Shown here: positions 10,901 through 22,700 of the stretch, piece after piece
Layout: the number at the start of each line of letters is the position of its first letter
How positions within the stretch are numbered: position 1 is the first letter of the stretch
Assembly: GCF_040938485.1 (NCBI RefSeq)
Contig: NW_027271433.1
Coordinates: 1,674,001 to 1,738,000, forward strand
DNA: 64,000 bases
Source: Diadema antillarum
Taxonomy: Eukaryota
Reading direction: 5' to 3'
Position numbers and translations under genes: made by a program
Notes under the pieces: model-generated
What the model saw: only the letters and a program-made list of their open reading frames with translations
Database searches by the model: none
Told to the model about the DNA's origin: nothing

Positions 10901-13900
10901 GTTTGTTTAATCTCCATCAACTACATTGCATTATCAACCTGGCATTATCTTGTTGCTACGGCAACCGCTTCATATGCAATCACTTACCAGTGCATCACTA
11001 CTAAGAGCATGACCGTCATCACTGTTTCCATTATCAAAGACCATTGACTATCCCAAAGTTTTTGTTTCCTTGTGTTCACCCTTCCTCTCCATTGCTGCAA
11101 TTACTCTTTCCATTTCAACAATTATCGACTTCCTCATCCCCCCACCCCAATTTTAGTGCCATATTAAAAAAAAAAAATGTTGTCATCAGCCTCTTGTTTG
11201 ACCGATCAATGATTGCCGACTCCCTCCATTTGTTCTGTAATATGATGACATGCTCATCACATCCTCTGGGACAATGATGTTCAAGGTAGTCTCTTGCCCA
11301 AGACCCCTGCAGTATGAACTGATATCGAAAGATATGCTGTATTTGCTCTCATTCTAGCATTCTTTTGCCATGATTTCTTATCATATTATGTTTGAAGTTA
11401 AGAAAGTCACTCAGTAATCATCACACAAAAAAAAGAGTACCTTTGTAATTGTCATTGAGTCATATCTGTAGTTGGAGTTTGTTTTGTTACCATATACTTT
11501 GTATGATAACAATAGAAAGAGAGAGATAGATATACTGAAAGATATGATATAGCTGTGAAAGATATGTTTCTAGAAATACACCGAGAGACAGGAATATTAT
11601 GGTACATGGAGAATAGGGGAGACAGATGCAGAGACATATGAAAGGAGGGATCTCATAAGATAATGAAGTAATTTCTGATGTCACAGATGGCTTTACGGCG
11701 TCTCTTTTGAGAGACCACTGCCCGAGTTGCTGTGGAGTGAATATTGTCAGAAAGCTGTTTGCACAGGCATCAAGTGCATCAGTTTTATGGGTCATTTTCT
11801 CCCTCCTCGTAGGTTATTGAATGAGTAATGTCATCAATGTACATCAAAGAAATAAGCATGAGAAAAGCAGACGTTTCAGACAGATAGTGTAAATATGCGA
11901 TGGCTCGATGAGTGACTAGTCTCATGTCCAGTCCTCTTATGAATGAAAAAAAAACACCTCAGTGTTAGCATCTCAAAATTATTGATAACTGATGAAAATT
12001 TTGTTTAAGGTGGGTCAGCCCATGTTGGGACAAAGCACTGTAGTAGATGAAGTGATCTAAAAATCACTGATCAAATTAGATATTGTCATGGAAAGTAGTG
12101 ATGTGGAGAGTTAGGAATGGAAATGTAGAACTTTCTCTGAGCTTCTTGAAATTTAGTGATGTTAGCATTGAATTGCATTGAATTACATCGTAAATTATTT
12201 CAAGCTAATTCATAGTGTTCTGTGCTTATTTCCATCAACAACAACAACAACAAAATTAAAACCAACAAACAGTCCAACAGATTTTTTGTTAAATTAGTCA
12301 TACCACCAATAACCCGCAGTTGCTTGCACCATACACATATTTCTGGCAAAAATTGAGAAAGTTGTACAAAATATATTTCACGTTTATGTGCTTGTGCTGA
12401 TTCATTATTACAAATGATAGTATCATATCATAGATTATGACTTTGTGCTCTCTTTCAAATCAACTCGAATTAGAATGAAATATCAGTGATATTGAGAATT
12501 AAAGTCAAGTCTATTGAATCAATGATTGTGAACTTTATGTATCTTTTTGCGTCTGTATCCGAACCCTTTAATTGATATTTGCACATTCTTTTGGAGTGCA
12601 ATGCATTAGAATAAGGCTGCAGCAAAACAAAAAGAAAAGAAAAAAAAAAGGTGAATATAAACCAGAAGCGCATGATGGGATATGTAAGTGAGGAACACAT
12701 GGACGTAAAAATTGATATGATTCTCACTGCACTTTTCGCTTAATTAGAAAAGAAAAAAGTACAAGTGTCGACGCACTGTTTGTCAGTGCTATAATTCTCC
12801 TTCCCTGGCACTGCTTCCCTTTGTACGCTCCCATTATGACGCCTTGGTTAATACGTATTGATCCGATTGGAAACCCGGCGATACATATTTCATGCGTGTA
12901 CCGTTTTCATAGATCTATCTCCTGAAAAAGGACAGGCAACCCAATGAATGGAAGACGAGAACGAAAAAAAAAGAGAGAAAAGAGAAAGAGAGAGATATAA
13001 AGAAGAAGAGGAAAGAAAGAAATCCTCCTTGAGATGCTGGGAGAGAAAAGATGAAGCGGTGGCAGGCTGACCACAATCTGGTAGATCATTTTTCCAGACA
13101 TCTTTAAATCTGTGAATAATACATCACGCCATTCATTCACAGGCTAGTGTTTGCCCGAAAGCATGCACTGTGTTACTCCGATTCTGCCTTCGAGTGGCTG
13201 CCTGCGCAGCTACAAAACTGGAAATAAGTCCAGAGTGATACAAAAGTAGGTTGAAAGCTGCTGATCTTATAAGAAAAAACACCCTCCAATTTTTTGTATT
13301 ATTAATTTAGAAATCCTCTCTCCATTTGACTTATAAGATTCAGTAAGATCACATCAGAGAAGACGGAAGCTGGGTTTTACAGTCGGTAGTTCTGCATGGT
13401 ACCATTCATCCTGGTGATTGATGTGTCATTATTTTTCCCCCATGGTAAAATGAAAAAAGAAAATGACTGAGGCATTTTTTTTAATGCTTGTTGCATGTGT
13501 TTTGTTGCATTATCTATGGATTTTACAGAATATCTTATGAGTCTGAAGTGCAGTTGCATAAACAATTCTATCAAACACGGAAAAAAAAAAAAGAAAAAGC
13601 AAATGTCATGATGCGGTGTTACCATCCTCTTCTGGAGGGGAAAAAGTATATCATATCTTTTACTTTCCATCACTTACTTGTCAAGTAAACTGGAAGATTG
13701 AAAACCTGTTTATGCATGTTTGATGGCTAATATTTGATTGTTTCCTGATTTTCATTAGGAAAATTTATTTTTCTTTGATAGAAGACAGGTTAAAGTAATA
13801 CTGAGCTGTGATTTTTTTTTCATAAATCCAAATATGTCAAAGTCTGCAATAAGCCACTTTGACAGATGAAGATAGGAGGGGAGAGAAAGAGGGAGAGAGA

Positions 13901-15000
13901 AGAACTAAAAGTGAGATGAACAGACAGAATTTCTGGTTATTCTATTTTGTTGCTAACATCATATTATGCTTTTGTTTTCTTGAGTGGGTTTTAATTACCT
14001 CCACAGATGTGTCAGAATTGTGATGAAAATTTGCTTTCAATAATTTCTTCAACAATTCCTTAGGGTTTTTCCTCCAGTGCTTGTCCTTAGTCATTCAATT
14101 TTTAGGAGATATAGAAGATTATGGCATGATTTTTTTAAAAAGAACTAGAAGATATTTGATAAGCAAGTTCATTAAAGAGATCATTATGTCACAGTGTAAT
14201 CAACTGAGCTAATGCTATCTGTAGAAATTCAGTGAGATCAATAGATAGTCATAAGTCAGATAATTGCATGATGTTTGCTTGCAGTTTTACATAGAACAAC
14301 TCTTTCTCAATGTCCTCATCAGTCTCTTAGTCTGTCTATTTTCCCTTAGCCATGCTTATCTGAGATGAAAATGTCATCCAACCCCCTCGTTTAAAATAAT
14401 AAGCACTCAATTATCATTAATCCATTTTGCTATCCCCTCCAATTTCCCCCACCCCTCAAGTTCAGTGGATGTGTAGAGTATGTGCAAAGCCTGTGAGCTT
14501 GTGAACCCCGAGTGGCTTCGATTGATCCGGGGTATCACAACCCATCAACACCACTCGCGACAAGTGCTATCACCCGGAGGCGGCAAAACCGATTCCATCA
14601 TCATCGTCGTCGATATGACTGCCCTATTGATCGGGGGGCGGTAAAAGAGCCGTTTTGCCCCGCACATGTCACCGGCACTTAGCCGAGGCACACAGATGGC
14701 GCGGAGCAGTGGCGGGGAGGGGTGGTCGCAGATCAATGTCTGTGTCTCCTCCCCTGCTATCATTAGCATGGAAGTGTATCTCTCTGTCTGTCTGTCTGCC
14801 AGTCTGTCTCCTAGGTTTTTTTTTTTATTCCTTTCTCTTTTTTCTGTACATCCCACCTATCATATCTCTCCCTGATCTGACAGAGATGTCTATTTTTATT
14901 TTTCATTTATTCATTTTTTATTTTTTTATTTTTTTTATTTATTTATTTTTTTTTTGGGGGGGGGGCATCTCAACCAGGAACCATGTTCATAACAATTTTT

Positions 15001-15118
15001 AATTCAATTCAATTCAGTTTTATTCATTTCATAAAATCACATTCAAAATATCTACAGAGATGTGTGAGTCAAAGGAGGAAATCATGCAAAAGCCTGGGGC
15101 TTGAAATGGGAGATTTCC
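15001..15118 (-). mobile_element. 3' end of a non-LTR retroelement: hairpin, AATAAA and (GAATT)n tail
   Basis: On the minus strand: stem GGAAATC/GATTTCC (15077-15118) enclosing CAAGCCCCAGGCTT, then AATAAA and a GAATT tandem tail. Confidence 0.55.
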
Positions 15119-15256
15119 TTTACAATGCAGTTTAAAATCACAGTTTTGAATAAAACATGTCAAAATGTACCTTAGAATAGAACTTAATTCAGAGGACTAT
15201 AGGATTAACAATACATTAATTATAGACAACAGGAAACGACAGTGACTGAAATAAAA

Positions 15257-15338
15257 CAATACAATACAATACTATACTATACAATACAATACAATACAAT
15301 GCTATACAATACTATACAATACAATACAATGCAATACA
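15257..15338. repeat. Degenerate (CAATA)n pentanucleotide microsatellite
   Basis: Tandem CAATA/CTATA units. Confidence 0.9.
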
Positions 15339-18300
15339 AAAAACAAACATGCTGGATAATAGTCAAAGGTTTGTAGGATATGGATTGATAACTGCTCAAT
15401 TTTCTTTATCATTTTGCATTTTCAAAACAGAATTAGGTTGTAGTAACCTCAAATTTAATTTCCCAGTTACAAAATACATTATTGTTCTGCTTCTACTGTT
15501 ATGAGTAGATTTGTGCTGGCCAGAACTACTCAAGCTTGAATGATGAAAATGTAGAGATATTTCCACCGTTTTAAATTTGGATCGCATCTTGATTGATTGT
15601 AGTTTTATCTACCCAATAAAATTCATACCAATCCCAAATACTTGAATACCAAGTCATGTTTCTGAAATCAAGCAATAAAAAGTAATATACATACGTTTAT
15701 GCTACCTCCAAGCACCTATTAAAGAGCAAGATCTTGAGTTGTAGAATGTCTTTTTATTCTATTAACCAGTGCAGCTATCTGTCGAGAAACTCATTTCTTT
15801 TCTTTCTTTTTTCTTTTCTTTTATACTGATGTAAGAATATTTGCAATCAATTCAGTTTAATTCAATTCATTCATTTTCATTCTAATTTTTCTTTGAACAA
15901 AACATAACACAGAAGAAATCAGGAATTATATCATAAGCATATATACATTACAATGTGCAAAGCCAAAATTAACAAATAGAGATGTACATACATATCGGCA
16001 AAATACTAAATTATATTTAGAGGGGAAAAATGTCCAATGGTGCAGATAGCCAGCAGCTTTGTTAACTAAAAGAAAGTACACACCAGATTTCCACCCAGCT
16101 CATTCACTGAGAATTATTTGGATGCTTGACATTGGCAAATTTGTAGGTCAATATGCATAGTAACATGGTGTTTTTTGATACATTTATAAAAATCATCCAC
16201 AGAATACTCTGCATTTGTGTCAAACCTCTGAGTCTTTACTCTTATATTCCAGTTTGTGACAAAAGCTCTGTGCTCACCACCATTTTAAAACACTTGTAAG
16301 TTGTATGTCTCTAAGAGCGAAAAACCAGGGGGGAAAAAGCTTGTTAGCTACAGGTTGGCGTCAGCTGTTGCAAAAGGAGTACCAAGCGGGAAGGGGAAAA
16401 AGGTCTAGTATAAGCTTGTCTTTCTGTAATTAAAAATAACGCTCCCGTGTTGGGAACCATCCCAATCTCACACCTAAAATCATCCATGGATGATGAAGGG
16501 AAAACGAGAGCGAATCCAGGCAGTCAAACATGAAACAAAAAATCAATTGCCACTGGGTGTAAAGTGAGAGTTACGCGACTGGATGCACTAATTGTTTCAG
16601 TGATTCACACCAAGCAGAATGCATGTGGGATGTCGTCGATACTCTGTGGTGCCCTCATTTTTTTGCTTCTGCTCATTTCTTCCTCTGCACGAGAATCCCT
16701 CCCACATCCGTGCGGAAGTAGAAATTTGAATTTGCATATATATTCTACCTAGGAATAGGTCAGACATCTGTGCCAGTAGATGCACTGCCTCTTTCTCGTG
16801 AAGCGGAGCTCAAAACTTGGTGGTGGAGCCGAAGTGATTCTATAAACTTGCTAAACAGCTTGTCATACGGCATGTATCACGACCATGCACCTTCCTTTTT
16901 GGCATTTCCTGCAACAGTAAGTAGAAAAATTAAGCAAAGTTTGATGGATGAAACTCTGATATGATCATTGATTGGCAGAAAAAAAAAAGCAGTCAAAACA
17001 AAACTGAATGACATATAATTCGTTGTCATCCAGAAATAACTAAGCTCTCACTGTGTGAAGACTGTGGAAGATGCATGTGTAGAATAAAAATCACAAAAGA
17101 TAGGGCACTTCTTGTTTGAAAATATTGCATTATAACAAGGAAAGTAATCATTCTCTTGTTTAGATATCTTTTTTCCTTGGTGTCCGTCACTTTTTAATGA
17201 AAGTCCTGATTGCAGATGTGATTAGCCCGTCTGTCTGTCCGTATGTTTGTGTTTTTACCAATGCTGTGGGTCTGCATGATGTACATGTTGTGCTCTTTAT
17301 TTTGCTATCTGTGAAAAGAAGTCTTCATCGTATTATTTACAGGGGACGGCAGCAAAGTGCTGGATAATTAATCAATGTGCTTTTTGTTACAGTTGTTACC
17401 CAACATTCATTGGTTATTGTACAGTTTTATTGCTTTAATGCAAAGACAAAAAAACAAACAAACAAACAGATATGTGAGACACAACAAGACACTGAGTGGG
17501 GGCATAGTTTTCTGCAATAGAAACAATGTATTTAAATCTGATTAGAAAGCACCCTGGGAATAAGGGGATGAACACATTGACATGTTCTGAAAAAATGTCA
17601 TTAATGATGCAGATTTCTGAATTGGAATGAGGAGTTGAATGCAAGTGCAGATTTTTTATGAAGATATGAGGCACAATATTAGTTACGAGATTAGCACAGA
17701 AAGTTACTCTGTGTATAAGGTACAATTGCATAATAGATTGCAATATCTTTTTCTCTCTTTTTTCATGACAGACATAGCTGGATGAGAAAAAAAAGACCAA
17801 AAAATTAGTAAATAAAGCACTTGACCTAAGATGACAGACACCAATTTAAAAGTACATTTATTTTGAGTCTGCTCAGATACTGGCTATGATATATCTGCAA
17901 TGTGTGATGTGTATTAATCTTCCAGTTGATGTGTGCACATCTATAGTTCATCGGAGATTGGAATTTAGGGGAAGGCAAATATTTTTCGAATTTGAAAATC
18001 TTCGGCAGATGGTTTGATACATCCGTGTGTGTTCAGTAACTTGTACTTGTATACCCGTGATGTCAACTATGCTAGCTTCTGTAAACGGAATTTTTCTGTT
18101 GGTATCCTAAAAAAAGGGATTAAACCTCATCCAAGGGCATTTCTGTGAATAATCTGTGCTTAATATTTACTCTGACTCTGAAGTTAGGACTTCTTCAAAC
18201 AACTGTGTGTTGATGGACCAAAATTGCTTTTGATCTTCAGGAGACCTATTATTTAACCAACCTACAGAATCTTGACTCCAATCTGAGGAATGTTTATTAA

Positions 18301-20057
18301 TTTTTGTCATATTTTTTTTCCCTGTCAAACATTGTCTGTGTTGATTGTTCATGGCTTGCATTGGGATAATTTATCATATCTGGCAGTGATTGTAGACACA
18401 GACATGCCTAACCTAGAAAAATATCTTCTTCGCTCTGTTGATATTGGCTGTGCAAATTTGGATTAAATGAATCAGAGGCTGAGGAGATATACCCACTTAA
18501 CATCTAACCTTTAAATTATGAAAAGAAACTATTTAACCAGCGGCTCATGGTGGTGTTTGATTTATGTGACACCACTTGAGTATCGCCTCATATGCTTTGT
18601 TTCCTTTTCTGTTTGATGAAGCGTTTTAGCTCTTATTTGTTCCCGGAAGCGTTCACAGCATTGGAATTAATTGCTTTTTACCGCGGATCTCTCAAACGGC
18701 GGCTCCCTTGTTCTTTCTGCCGGTTGCAGGAAAGATCTGGGAATAGAATTGACAACATTTGATAAGCCCGCAACATTGCATAGATTTGTATTGGTGCCAA
18801 GTAGAAAATTGTAAAATATGGAGATAGATAATTTGCAATAGAGGCATGACACATAATCAAACAAATCACTGCATGCTGTCATTTTTCTTGTTATAAAAGT
18901 AACTTAGTTAGATGTCTACAGAAAGATTCAGAATGCAGTGATGGTTTTCTCTTTAGATCTCAGTGAATTTATGACTAGATTTGTTTCTAATCTTGCTTGT
19001 GTATTTATAATATATATGTGATGTGTCACCACAAAAGCTGTATAATGTTTAATTATAGTTAAAATGATATTTCAGTTTTTGGCAGGTATGAACTTTCCAG
19101 ATGCTGAGTGTTACGTCGATAGGTCCTATATAATTGGTCTACTTTGATGCATAAAATATTAAAAAAAAAACTAACTCAAAAGTTATAAAACTATATCCAG
19201 GTTCTATTGCAAAAGTCAACTTTATGTGCATGTTCTTCCGTTTATGATCCCTGACTTCATACAGGTAATGTGATGACACACCACAATTTCATGTAATGAC
19301 AATGCACACATAGTAGGATTTTTTTTTTTTCTAAAGAGAGGTTGTGGAAAATAGAAATGAAATGCAGGAAGAAAAGTAATATAGTACTGGATTAGAGGTT
19401 AGGTATTCTTAGGCAATCAAATCATCCATTAAATTTTCGGTGTGCAAGGGGACCGAGATTAAGAGAGAAGGAAAGAGGTAGGAGTTCTGAGGCAAGAGGG
19501 GGATGTTCTTTCTATGCTCCTTCGACCCTTGGGATACCAAAATCTTGCAACCTCACGGTTGTACGCCTTTTGTTTCAGGAACCCCTTACTTTCCTTCAAA
19601 TTCCACCACAAACCTCTCTTGCAACCATCAGGAAAGAGGCAAGGAAAATTGTGTGTATGTATGTGTGTGAAAGAGAGAGAGAAAAAAAAAGGAGATAAAT
19701 AATCATGTATTTCCTTGCTGTATATTTATGATATATATTTCTCTGTCTCATAAATATATATCTTGATAAGATATCTTTATATATGGTTGTGGTTTTTGAG
19801 ATCCATATCAGTATCACCAAATATGTCTCAATTCAAATATACTAGATTAGGTCTTAGGCAAAGAATTTTGCACTAGTGCAACATGACTCCTCACTTTACC
19901 TTATTGCACATCTACTATCATCAATCCAGACATTAGATTATTAGATTAAGTGCATGCTCTCAAAAGGTTTTCATTTTTCATCTTTCTATCATTTTGTCTT
20001 TCTCTTGGTGAAACAAATCACCACCTTGCTTTTTATGTCTCCTGAAATCAAAATTAA

Positions 20058-20210
20058 CCCATTGGAGACTAGTCCAAAGTATGCTTCGACAGGTGTCTAT
20101 GTGAAATGTGTGTTTTAGCAAAATCAGCTCGTCCTTAACCCTTTTCCTACAGGGACCTGGTGACTTGTGTATTAAGTCTATGGGGATTTCAGAATTCAGT
20201 ATAGAACGGG
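20058..20210. mobile_element. Composite piggyBac-like MITE (two abutting TTAA-bounded units)
   Basis: TTAA (20054-57) CCC..., homologous to 5722-5807 up to an internal TTAA (20135-38). A second CCC...GGG unit follows and ends at TTAA (20211-14). Confidence 0.55.
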
Positions 20211-22049
20211 TTAACTTGTTTAATAAGAAACTCCAAACCATGTTTACGTTGCTTGTCATGAAAGAACATCTAACAAACTGACCAGTGACAAAGTCATTGG
20301 AATCAGGTAGAATTAAAAAAAAAAGAATCATAAAGAGTAAGATTGGAGATAAGTTTTCCTTAAAATATCATTATTTGCACTAGGAATATAAAGGAGTATA
20401 CAGTTAGAATATTCTAGACATAATGTATGTGATGAATAGGGAAGGCACTCTATTAAACCTTTGAAAACAATGGGCTGAAATATGATATTATAACATTTGA
20501 TGAGTTGATATAAATGTGTCTCGATTGGCCAAATAGAATTGTTCTCCTTTGTGAGACTTGAGGTTTGATAAAGGCTCATATCTAAACCAACTATATTTGA
20601 ACGATATTACACTGTGCTTGCCTTCCCGATGTACACTTCTCTCTCTTTTGCCTATTCAATAATTATCACGTGTGCGCTGTGGTTTCTGCGTGAAATGCGC
20701 ATGGTCTTTGACAAAGTGTAACTGAACTTGTTAAATGATTAGTTTGTGGCATCAATGCATATGATTGACTATACTGTAAGATGATTTAATAATGGAAGTA
20801 AACTACATCTCCTATCTAAAACAGATTAATCAAACTACTGACACACAATGACTCTCAGTGTGATGATTCTGAAGAAAGTGCAGCGTTTTTGGTCAATATT
20901 TGACCCGAGTTGAACTTACACCGCTGTTTTGACCTTCCCTAACCCTTCTTCCCCCCACCTTTTCCACACTCATCAAAAGATGGGTAAATTAGCCCTAATC
21001 TTCTCTGACAATACAGGTGCTAATCCTTTGACAGAGACCACCAAAGGCAATGAAGAAAAAATAAGGAGAAAACACAAAAGAGAAAACTGCTGCCAGAGTG
21101 AACTCTTTCTAATGCTCTAGGAAACTGATATGCTCCCTTTGTGTCATCAATAACCGGTGCCCCAGATAAACCATTTAATACACCTCTTTTTATTCTGTTA
21201 TTCCTGTTTTTTATCTAGTTTAATCGATTCATCCTTGTGAGGCCATGGAAGTGAATTACATCAAAATGAATAACTTATAATTATCTCCTTGTCCTGACAA
21301 TTCAACGTGGGCTGTAATATTGCAGTATAATGAGTCTCGCTATCTTTTGAACAGTTTAACTTTTCATGATATCTTGGTAGAGCAAATCAATCACAACAAC
21401 CACTTATGACATCAACTGATGGCATCAACCTTTTCTTTTTCTAATAGCTGTTACTATCAATTCAGTTTTTTCATTTCCTTCTGTATGAAATAGATTTAAT
21501 AGGTGTAAACTTCAGATATCTGACAAAAGATTTTGATTACCCGATTGTGATGTTGTGATATGTTGACGATGTCTTGGATTCGAGCCTTCCATTGCTGGTT
21601 TTGGACCATCATCACTTTTCTAGACTAACAATGAGGAACCTTGGATTAAGACCGAGAAAAGTCCTGGTCAGAAAAAAAACCCCAATGTTTATGACCAGTG
21701 AGCAATGACAATCAGTGAATGGGGGAAACATTTTTGTTTTGGAATCTATAAAAGCCAGTTAGCTAGGTCATGGTAAGAGTTTGACATAGTTCAATCACAG
21801 GAACTCAAAATGTTATTCCTTTACTCCACAGTGTGAAACATGGGGAATGACGTATAAAGTAGCTTGAAAATATCATATGGTGATACGAACAGTGAACAGT
21901 GATGATTTACATAAGGTCTGCAGAGGTAATCACAAACATATGATAGCTTGTTACTTGGAACTTTTTTGTGCTTTTTGTTACATCTGATTGTACAGAGAAT
22001 GGACCCAGTGTGCATCGGAGGCATTTTTGTGGTCACACGCTGGCGTTTC

Positions 22050-22079
22050 ATTGGCTGCTCGGCCAGTCAGAGTGATTGG
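22050..22079. promoter_or_regulatory. Paired reverse CCAAT (NF-Y) boxes, candidate internal promoter of Prdm3/16
   Basis: TCATTGGCTG (ATTGG at 22050-54) and GTGATTGGTG (ATTGG at 22075-79) match the extended NF-Y consensus. A GA-rich tract follows, and an ATG|GTATGT donor lies about 620 bp downstream. Confidence 0.4.
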
Positions 22080-22697
22080 TGGTTGGTCCGCAGAGAAGGA
22101 GCTGAAAAAAGAGAGAAATGACAGATAAAAGCTTTGGGAAATAGAGAGAAAGATGGAGAAATAAAGAAAGAAGGAGGGGTATGGAGAGAGAGAGAGGGGG
22201 GGGGGGGGGAGAGGGAGCCAGGTCACCAGTGATCAGCTGGACACGGCTAAAGCAGCAGCCAAAGAAAAGGGTGAAAAAAAAGTATGGCAGGCTAGTGCAA
22301 TTTTTTTTTCGTCCTCAGCAAGGGAAGGCAGAGCAGGAAGTAATTATAATTACAGACAGGAGATTTTTGGGGGCAGTTTTACTATGGTTCTGGACTTGAG
22401 GCATGTGCATATCAGTCTGTGTGAAAAATATGATTTCATTTCGGTGTTAGGTTCCACTCGCTCGGGGTCATTCGCATTGTGGCCGAGTGTCAGTAGAGGT
22501 GTGTAAATTTTTTTTTTGTCCTTCCAGCAGACTCACTAAAGGTTTAAAAAAGGTTATTTGCTGGTGTTTGCTTGGTTGAATAAGGCTGTTTTCCCCTATT
22601 AATGACTACATCATCCTCTGATGTTCCAAGAATCGTGAAGTAACATTGCAGCATACGTGGTGACTTCTTCTAAAGAGCTTCTTCTTGCGTCGCATCA

Positions 22698-22700
22698 ATG
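22698..22700 (+). CDS. Candidate Met-only coding end of an alternative first exon of Prdm3/16
   Basis: CAATG|GTATGT donor in phase 0, with an in-frame upstream TAA at 22671-73. Splicing to 26319 gives M-IVDEFGKVKCW... Confidence 0.4.

Noticed and set aside
14682-14705. CTCF-like CACACAGATGGCGC; also the palindrome CGCCACCGTGGCG near 23461
   Set aside because: Only the 3' half of the CTCF core matches, with three or more mismatches at informative positions.
17435-17800. 121-aa minus-strand ORF faintly like a LINE ORF2 C-terminus
   Set aside because: The similarity is too weak to call by eye, and no diagnostic motif is present.
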